DNA of 64,000 nucleotides, from assembly GCA_963796455.1 (NCBI GenBank), contig CAWCLO010000004.1, positions 640,001 to 704,000 of the forward strand. The letters run 5' to 3'. The position numbers were made by a program, and so were the translations under genes. The DNA comes from Candidatus Sulfomarinibacteraceae bacterium (GTDB lineage: Bacteria; Acidobacteriota; Thermoanaerobaculia; Thermoanaerobaculales; Sulfomarinibacteraceae). Positions 57,034-64,000 of the stretch are shown here, in pieces. The notes under the pieces were generated by a model, which saw nothing but the letters and a program-made list of their open reading frames with translations, was not told the DNA's origin and searched no databases. Positions within the stretch are counted from its first letter, which is position 1. Each line of letters starts with the position of its first letter.

Positions 57034-59790
57034 TTATGAGTCGTTTGATTGTTCGAGGGCCGCTCGGACGAGTGCTTCCTGCTGAGCGCGATGAATACTG
57101 GCCGATCCTGTCGCCGGGCTCGCGCTTGGTTCGCGTCCGATATAGCGGATCGGGTGATCCGGGAAAATCTCCATGAGTCTGGGCATCATGAAGGTCCAAC
57201 CACCGCGGTTGCGGGTCTCTTCCTGGACCCATACAATTTCGCTTGCGCCCCGGTAGGGGGCCACGACCCTCTCGAGAAAGTCGCCGTTGAAGGGGTAGAA
57301 CTGCTCGACCCGGACGATGGCCACATCCGTGACATCCATCTCCTCGCGTCCCGCCGCGAGATCGTAAAATACCTTGCCGCTGCACAGCACCAGCCGGTGC
57401 GGCGCCTCCGGGGTCATCGGGTCATCGAGGATCTCCTGGAACTTGCCGACCGTCAGATCCTCGAGGGGCGAGACGGCCTGCTTGTGTCGCAGCAGGCTCT
57501 TGGGTGACATGATGATGAGCGGCCGGCGAAACTGGGAGATGATCTGTCGGCGCAGCGCGTGGAAGAACTGTGCCGGGGTGGTCAGGTTGCAGACCTGCAT
57601 GTTTTCTTCAGCGCAGGCCATGAGGTAGCGTTCGAGATAGGCGTTGGAGTGTTCCGGGCCCTGTCCCTCGTAGCCGTGCGGGAGCAACATCACCAGACCG
57701 CTGACCCGGTGCCATTTGTCGAGAGCCGCAGAGATGAACTGATCGATGATGACCTGGGCGCCATTTGCGAAATCGCCGAACTGCGCTTCCCAGAGAACCA
57801 ACATATTTGGTTCCACCAACGAGTAGCCGTAGTCAAAACCGAGAACCGCCGCTTCGGAAAGCATGCTGTTGTACACGCAGAAACGGGCCTGGTCCGGGGT
57901 GATGTGGTTGAGCGGGACCCAGATTTCCTGGCTGGTGGAATCGAACCAGGCGGCGTGGCGGTGTGAGAAGGTCCCGCGCATGCTGTCCTGGCCGCTGAGC
58001 CGGACCGGTGTCCCCTCCATGAGCAGGCTGCCGAATGCCAACAACTCCGCCAGCGCCCAATCCACTGAGCCGTCGTTTTCGACCGCGTCCAGCTGAGCGG
58101 GCAGCCGCCGCGCGACCTTCCGATTGAGTTTGAACCCTTCGGGCACGGTGGAGAGCGCGGTGGCGACTTCGAGCAGTTTGTCGACAGCCACGCCGGTCTC
58201 CGCGCAGTCAAAGCAATGGGGGTGGTCGTAGCCACTCCACAATCCGGCAAAGGCGTGGCCGTCGTCTTCTGTGAGGTCGCACGCCTCTTTGGCGCTCTGA
58301 AATGCTTCGACCAACCGCTCCTGCAAGGAGTTGGTGAGCTCCTCACTTTCGCTCAGGGTGATGTCATGTGCGCTTTCGAGTTGCAGTTGGTAAATGGCGC
58401 GGGTCGACGGCCGGTTCTGGATCTTCTGATACATCAATGGCTGGGTGAAAACAGGTTCATCACCCTCGTTATGACCGTGCTTCCGGTAGCAGACCATATC
58501 GATCACCACATCCTGCCGAAACTCCTGCCGGAATCGAAGGGCGAGGTCGACGACGTGCACCACCGCCTCCGGATCGTCGCCATTGACGTGGAAGATCGGA
58601 GCCTCCACCATCTTTGCCACATCGGTGGGGTAGCGGGTCGAGCGGGCTTCACCCGGCAGCGTGGTGAACCCGATCTGGTTGTTGACCACGATATGCACGG
58701 TTCCGCCGGTCTCATATCCCTTGAGCTGGGAAAGATTGAAGGTCTCCGCCACCAGACCCTGGCCGGCGAAGGCTGCGTCGCCGTGCAACAACAAGGGCAG
58801 GACCTTGCGGCGTTTCGCGGTGTCCCCGCGCCGCCGTTGTTTGGCCCGCGTCCTTCCCTCGACAACCGGATCCACTGCCTCGAGATGACTGGGGTTCGCG
58901 GTCAGGCTGATGTGGACGCTTCTGCCTTCAACCGTATTGTAATCAGATGAATATCCGCGGTGGTACTTGACGTCACCGTCACCGCCGTACGGGTCCGGTC
59001 TGACATTGTCCTCGAACTCGTGGAAGATCATCGAGTAGGGCTTGCGCAGGATGTTCGCCAGAACGTTGAGACGGCCCCGGTGGGACATCCCCATGACGAT
59101 CTCCTCCGCCCCTGTCTCGACTGCTGTCTCGACGAACTGATGCAGAGCCGGTATCAGCGACTCGCCGCCCTCCAGAGAAAAGCGTTTCTGGCCCTGGTAG
59201 CGGCCGTGGGTGAAGCTCTCGAAAAGTTCGGCGTCAATCAATTGCGCGAGGATCCGGTGTTTTTTGTCGCGGCTCAACTGCGGCCGGTTGCGGATCGGTT
59301 CCATCTGCTCCTGCAGCCACCGGCGGACGGCCGTGTCCTGAACGTGAAGGTACTCGACGCCGATGGTGCCGCAGTAGGTTTCTCGAAGCACCAAAATGAT
59401 CTCGCGCAGGGTGATCTGCTGCGGCCCGCCCATGTGACCGGTGTCAAAAACCTGGTCGAGGTTTTCTTCACTGAGGCCGAAAGTTTCGAGTTCCAGCAGG
59501 GGGTGGCTTGCCAGATTGTCGCCGAGAGGGTCGAGGTCCGCAACGAGGTGGCCGAGGTTTCGATAAGCAAAGATCAGGCTGGCAACCTTCGATTGCTCGG
59601 ATGCGCGTTCGGAGGCCACGGGGCTGCTCGGCCGAAAGGCGAGATCGAAGCCCGCAAAGAAAATCCGCCACTCTTCGCTCAGCGTGGACGGGTCGGATTG
59701 CCATTGCAGGTAGAGTTCTTCCACATAACCCGAACTGGCGAGCAGCGCCAGGTTTTGCGGCGAATAATCGGATGCGGCTCCTGTGGCCAT
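57034..59790 (-). CDS. sucA: 2-oxoglutarate dehydrogenase E1
   Basis: [33 protein letters not shown] and [12 protein letters not shown] motifs. Confidence 0.97.
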   Translation of the reverse strand: MATGAASDYSPQNLALLASSGYVEELYLQWQSDPSTLSEEWRIFFAGFDLAFRPSSPVASERASEQSKVASLIFAYRNLGHLVADLDPLGDNLASHPLLELETFGLSEENLDQVFDTGHMGGPQQITLREIILVLRETYCGTIGVEYLHVQDTAVRRWLQEQMEPIRNRPQLSRDKKHRILAQLIDAELFESFTHGRYQGQKRFSLEGGESLIPALHQFVETAVETGAEEIVMGMSHRGRLNVLANILRKPYSMIFHEFEDNVRPDPYGGDGDVKYHRGYSSDYNTVEGRSVHISLTANPSHLEAVDPVVEGRTRAKQRRRGDTAKRRKVLPLLLHGDAAFAGQGLVAETFNLSQLKGYETGGTVHIVVNNQIGFTTLPGEARSTRYPTDVAKMVEAPIFHVNGDDPEAVVHVVDLALRFRQEFRQDVVIDMVCYRKHGHNEGDEPVFTQPLMYQKIQNRPSTRAIYQLQLESAHDITLSESEELTNSLQERLVEAFQSAKEACDLTEDDGHAFAGLWSGYDHPHCFDCAETGVAVDKLLEVATALSTVPEGFKLNRKVARRLPAQLDAVENDGSVDWALAELLAFGSLLMEGTPVRLSGQDSMRGTFSHRHAAWFDSTSQEIWVPLNHITPDQARFCVYNSMLSEAAVLGFDYGYSLVEPNMLVLWEAQFGDFANGAQVIIDQFISAALDKWHRVSGLVMLLPHGYEGQGPEHSNAYLERYLMACAEENMQVCNLTTPAQFFHALRRQIISQFRRPLIIMSPKSLLRHKQAVSPLEDLTVGKFQEILDDPMTPEAPHRLVLCSGKVFYDLAAGREEMDVTDVAIVRVEQFYPFNGDFLERVVAPYRGASEIVWVQEETRNRGGWTFMMPRLMEIFPDHPIRYIGREPSASPATGSASIHRAQQEALVRAALEQSNDS

Positions 59791-60108
59791 CAATCAAGCT
59801 CCTCGGCGTCGGTTCGATTCGAGCGGCGAACGCCATCATCACATAACATTTCGGAGGATTATGGCATTTCCTCGCCTCGATGGTAGCGATGGCGGAGTAT
59901 ATATCGCAATTGAGTGTTCATCGCATTTTCCAGGAGAAGACTCATGCGGTTCGGCAAGCTCTGGTCGAAGCGATGAGGCTATGAGGCAATGAGGCTATGG
60001 AACGGTGAGGCGATGACGCCATCCGATATGCAAAACTCCATAGCCAGGCCGCGCCGGCGGCCGGTCACTGCCTCGCTGCCTCGCTGCCTATTCGCGTAGA
60101 ATGGCCGC

Positions 60109-60513
60109 ATGAAATCCCTGTCGCTGGAAAAAGCCGAATTCTTGAGGGTTCTCGCCGCCCGCATCGTGCCCGAAACAGTCGCTCTCGATCAGGCCGCTGC
60201 GGCTCGGTTCTTCGCTATCATCGACCACACTTTGTTGGAACGAGATGCCTCGGTGCGTCGCCAATTTTCGATTTTTCTGGGCGTCCTCCGCTGGGCGCCG
60301 CTTGTTCGCTACGGTGGAAGCTTCGAAGGGCTCCGGAAGGACCGAAAAGATGCGGTGTTGAGATTTTTCGAAGACTGCCCCGTCAGTTTGCTCCGCAAGG
60401 GGTTTTGGGGGCTCAAGGCAATGGTGTTCATGGGATATTACGGGCAGCCGGAAACCAATCAGGAGCTGGGCTATAACCCGTCGGTCGACGGAAGGAACGG
60501 TCTCCATGCCTGA
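60109..60513 (+). CDS. Gluconate 2-dehydrogenase subunit-3-like small protein
   Basis: RIVP N-terminus and GYYGQPE...LGY C-terminus; overlaps the GMC gene. Confidence 0.7.
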   Translation: MKSLSLEKAEFLRVLAARIVPETVALDQAAAARFFAIIDHTLLERDASVRRQFSIFLGVLRWAPLVRYGGSFEGLRKDRKDAVLRFFEDCPVSLLRKGFWGLKAMVFMGYYGQPETNQELGYNPSVDGRNGLHA

Positions 60514-62008
60514 GCTCGAATACGACATCGTCATCATCGGCTCCGGTGCCGGCGGCGGCGCGACCGCCAAGGAGCTCGTTCCTTTGTGCGCCGAAGGGGC
60601 CCGAATCGCCGTGCTCGAGTGGGGCTCCAAGCTGCGCGACGAGGAGTTCACTGGGCACGAGGTCGATATGGCCTCCAAGCTGTATTTCGACTCCGGCGGG
60701 ACATTTACCAAAGATCGTGTGATGACTCTGGCCTATGGCCGGGCCTATGGTGGTTCAACCGTGATCTATACGGGTACCTCGCTCGCCATGCCGGAAGAGG
60801 TTGTGGCGAAGTGGAACGTACCTGGCATCGTGTACGAGGATCTCCACCCGAGGGCGCTGAAGTATCTGGATGAGAACAACGTTCACCTGCTTCCTGATGA
60901 CCAAATCAACGACAACAACCGGCTCTTTCTCGACGGCTGCACGGAGCTGGGCTACCAGGTGGAACAGTTTCCGATCAACGTCAAGGGCTGCAGATCCTCG
61001 AGCCTCTGCAACCTCGGGTGTCCCAACCAGGCCAAGCAGGGAACCCATCGGGTGCAGTTACCGCAGGCTGAGGCTGGTGGCGTCGAGGTCATCACGAATT
61101 GCCGGGTCACGAAGATCGGCGAACGCAGCTGCGAGGCGGTTGTTGCCGATCCGGGTTATGGAGAGGCGTCAGCTCTCGAACCGGGTTCCTACCGAATCAA
61201 AGCCAAGGTCATCGTTGTCGCGGCTGGTGGAGCGGTCAACTCGCCGGCGCTTTTGTTGCGTTCCGGGTTTGGAGACTCGCTGCCGGCCCTCGGCCGCTAT
61301 ATCACCTTGCATCCTGCGCTGATCCTGGTGGGCGAACACGCGCAAAAGATCAGCAACTTCAACGGCCATCCCAAGAGCTATTACTGCGACCATTTTTGGC
61401 AGAAGGATCGATTCCTGCTGGAAACCTGTATGTATTTCCCCTTTGTCACCGCCAAAAACCTGATCGGTTTCGGCGCCGAGCATTCCGAGTTGATGCGGGC
61501 CTTTCCGCGTCTGCAGATGATCCTGGTCCTCGCGCTCGACCCGGCGCTTGCGGAGAACAGAGTGACGGTGGATTCCAGGGGCGTTCCGGTGGTTGACTAC
61601 ACCCTGACCGACGGCGTGCTCGACACCCTCCACGCCTCGATGTTGGCGAGCACCAGGGTCTTTTTTGCTGCGGGTGCGGAACGCGTGCACGCTCCGGCCG
61701 GCACGAACTTCTTCATCGAGCGGTCCGATGCAGGTCGGATCGATGAGTTGATCCCGCGGGCCAACGTCAAACCGGGCAAGATTTCGGTCACCTCGGCACA
61801 TCTCATGGGTGGATGCCGGATGGGGCGTGACGCCACCGATTCGGTGACCGACGGGTGGGGGAGGGTCCATGGGTCGCCCTGGCTGTTCGTCGCCGACTCG
61901 AGCCTGTTTCCGCGCTGTTCGGAAGTCAATCCCTATGTGACGGTCATGGCGCTTGCCGATCGCGTCGCCGAGGGCATACGCAACAATGCAGGGGAGCTTT
62001 TAGCATGA
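60506..62008 (+). CDS. GMC family oxidoreductase
   Basis: IGSGAGG, GGSTVI, C..GC, SAHLMGGCRMG and VNPYVT motifs. Confidence 0.92.
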   Translation: MPELEYDIVIIGSGAGGGATAKELVPLCAEGARIAVLEWGSKLRDEEFTGHEVDMASKLYFDSGGTFTKDRVMTLAYGRAYGGSTVIYTGTSLAMPEEVVAKWNVPGIVYEDLHPRALKYLDENNVHLLPDDQINDNNRLFLDGCTELGYQVEQFPINVKGCRSSSLCNLGCPNQAKQGTHRVQLPQAEAGGVEVITNCRVTKIGERSCEAVVADPGYGEASALEPGSYRIKAKVIVVAAGGAVNSPALLLRSGFGDSLPALGRYITLHPALILVGEHAQKISNFNGHPKSYYCDHFWQKDRFLLETCMYFPFVTAKNLIGFGAEHSELMRAFPRLQMILVLALDPALAENRVTVDSRGVPVVDYTLTDGVLDTLHASMLASTRVFFAAGAERVHAPAGTNFFIERSDAGRIDELIPRANVKPGKISVTSAHLMGGCRMGRDATDSVTDGWGRVHGSPWLFVADSSLFPRCSEVNPYVTVMALADRVAEGIRNNAGELLA

Positions 62009-63723
62009 AGACTCGCGCCGCCAAGGAGATCGCCCGCGCGCTCGCGGACGAAGGTGTGCGATACACCTTCGGAATTCCGGGAACCCACAATATCGAGCTC
62101 TACGATGCCCTCGCAAAAACCGACGGCATCGAGACGGTTCTGGTGACCTCGGAAGTTGCGGGTGCGTTCGTCGCGGTGGGATTTTCGGCTTCTTCCGATC
62201 AAGTCGGAGTGATCAACGTCGTACCGGGTGCAGGGGTGACCTACAGTCTGTCGGGCATTGCTGAAGCCTTTATGGACAACATTCCGATGGTGGTTTTGGC
62301 CAGCGGAATTCGATCCGATACCGATGCCGCATATCAGCTGCACGCCATCGACCAGTTGGCCGCGCTGCGGCCGGTGACCAAAGAAGCGGTCCGGGTGGAT
62401 CGGGCCGAGGATCTTTATCCGACGATCCGCCGGGCCTTCCGGATCGCCCGACAGGGTGCGCCCGGGCCGGTTGCGGTCGAGATCCCCGCGCAGCTTTTCA
62501 TGTTTCGCCAGGAGATCGGAGCCGTTGCCTTCGAAGCGGAGCCCGATCTCGGTGGATCTCCGGAAGCGGAATTGGTGGAGAGCGCTGCAGCGATGCTCGC
62601 TGAAGCCAAACACCCGGCCATCTATCTCGGCAAGGGGGCTGCAGGCGCCGCCGACCTGTTGGTTGCTTTGGCTGAGCAGCTGGGCGCGCCGGTGACCAGT
62701 TCCTTCAGCGGCAAGGGTGTTTTTCCGGAAAACCACCGGCTCTGGCTGTGGAATGGTTTTGGCCGCCAGGCTCCGCCATTTGCGCGGACGATCATGGACC
62801 GGTGCGACTGCCTGCTCGCTATCGGCTGCCGATTTGGCGAAGTCACAACGGCCGGTTACGGCATCGAGCCGCCGGAGCAGCTGATTCACGTCGATATCGA
62901 GCCCGAGGTCTTCAACCGCAATTTTCCGGCCAAGATCGCCATCAGGTCCGACGCGCGGTCGTTTGTCGAAGCACTCGGTGGCCTTATCGACGGTCGCCGT
63001 CCCTCCGAGAGCCTGGCCGGCGAAATCGCAGACGGACACACCGCGGTCCGCGAGAATTGGCGCAGCAAATCCAGCGCGACGCGGGTCACGCCGAATGCGC
63101 TCTTCGAGGCCCTTCAGCGGCACTGCAACGAAGATGCGATTTACGCGACCGATAGTGGCAACGGCACTTTCCTGGCGGTCGAACATCTGCGGATTTTGGC
63201 TCCAGGCAGATTTCTCGCTCCCACCGATTTTTCGTGTATGGGTTTCTCGGTGCCGGTTGCGATCGGTGCCTGCTTTGCCAACCCCGGCCGCGACGTGGTG
63301 GCCTTGCCGGGCGATGGCGCATTCCTGATGACCGGGCTCGAGTTGGTCACCGCCTCGGCCTACGGATTGGCGCCGTTGGTGTGTGTGTTGCGAGATGGCA
63401 AGTTGTCGCAGATCGCCCAGTTCCAGAAGATGCAGGTCAATCGCGAGACCTCGAGCGTGCTGCCTGAATACGATCTCGAGGCCTTCGCCGGGGTGAGCGG
63501 CAGCCGCTATTTTCGGATCATCCGCGACGTGGAGCTCGATTCGGTCCTGCCCGCGGCCCTCGAGATGACCCGCGCCGGAACTCCCGTCCTGATCGAAGTC
63601 GTGATCGACTACTCGCAAAAGACATACTTCACCAAGGGCGTTGTCAAAAACGTCTTCTCGCTTCTGCCCTGGGGCGATCGGGTGGCAAACATTCTTCGCG
63701 CGGTGGGCCGACGGATCGTTTGA
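62005..63723 (+). CDS. Thiamine pyrophosphate-dependent enzyme (acetolactate synthase-like)
   Basis: FGIPGTH, PGPVAVEIP and GDGAFLM motifs; ATGA overlap with the GMC gene. Confidence 0.92.
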   Translation: MKTRAAKEIARALADEGVRYTFGIPGTHNIELYDALAKTDGIETVLVTSEVAGAFVAVGFSASSDQVGVINVVPGAGVTYSLSGIAEAFMDNIPMVVLASGIRSDTDAAYQLHAIDQLAALRPVTKEAVRVDRAEDLYPTIRRAFRIARQGAPGPVAVEIPAQLFMFRQEIGAVAFEAEPDLGGSPEAELVESAAAMLAEAKHPAIYLGKGAAGAADLLVALAEQLGAPVTSSFSGKGVFPENHRLWLWNGFGRQAPPFARTIMDRCDCLLAIGCRFGEVTTAGYGIEPPEQLIHVDIEPEVFNRNFPAKIAIRSDARSFVEALGGLIDGRRPSESLAGEIADGHTAVRENWRSKSSATRVTPNALFEALQRHCNEDAIYATDSGNGTFLAVEHLRILAPGRFLAPTDFSCMGFSVPVAIGACFANPGRDVVALPGDGAFLMTGLELVTASAYGLAPLVCVLRDGKLSQIAQFQKMQVNRETSSVLPEYDLEAFAGVSGSRYFRIIRDVELDSVLPAALEMTRAGTPVLIEVVIDYSQKTYFTKGVVKNVFSLLPWGDRVANILRAVGRRIV

Positions 63724-63841
63724 CCCTCTTCGCGCTCGACAAAACGAATCGGTATCGGTATCGGTATCGCTATCGCTATTGATAGATGAATTCCCGACGG
63801 CAGGATTGCATCACGAAGGCAGGCGGACCACAATACTCACA

Positions 63842-64000
63842 ATGAGTAAGATCGTGATACACGGTGTGGACGTCCTGCAGTGCGAGGACGACCGTTGCGA
63901 GGTGCTCCGCGGCCAGGACATTCGCATCAAAGGCAACCGCATCGAAACCATGAATCGTCCGTCAAAACGGGTGCCGGATGCTAGGATTCAGACCTATCAA
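63842..64000 (+). CDS. Possible amidohydrolase N-terminus (open at window end)
   Basis: MSKIVIHGVDVL...QDIRIKGNRIE resembles the amidohydrolase N-terminal beta-domain. Confidence 0.45.
   Translation, partial: MSKIVIHGVDVLQCEDDRCEVLRGQDIRIKGNRIETMNRPSKRVPDARIQTYQ

Overview
This is a GC-rich bacterial window. The repeated F-x-D-G-F-E motif proteins suggest Acidobacteriota, possibly Thermoanaerobaculia, but that is inference only. It has three parts. (1) From 1 to 8.2 kb, a redox/stress cluster: fasciclin, renalase-like flavoprotein, thioredoxin, peroxiredoxin, DoxX, glutathione peroxidase, and an FMN-binding protein paired with an Rph-like dikinase. (2) From about 8 to 54 kb, a mosaic of mostly stand-alone, unrelated genes in mixed orientation (many secreted proteins, an MFP plus two-RND operon, oxidoreductases, a kinase, hydrolases) together with gene fragments. 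(3) From 54 to 64 kb, sucA-sucB-lpdA and a GMC/TPP-enzyme operon. The most striking unexplained signal is a dispersed family of palindromic elements built on the core ATGGGTG[G/C]CACCCAT. It occurs in most intergenic gaps from about 1.9 to 52.8 kb, in at least three longer subfamilies. These form 60-105 bp inverted-repeat units, often with stacked ends, and they abut gene ends and truncated gene fragments. No integrase or transposase was recognised in the window. The layout suggests a REPIN/MITE-like system, or possibly a non-integron gene-cassette system. Several single-base frameshifts between 38 and 48 kb may be assembly errors.
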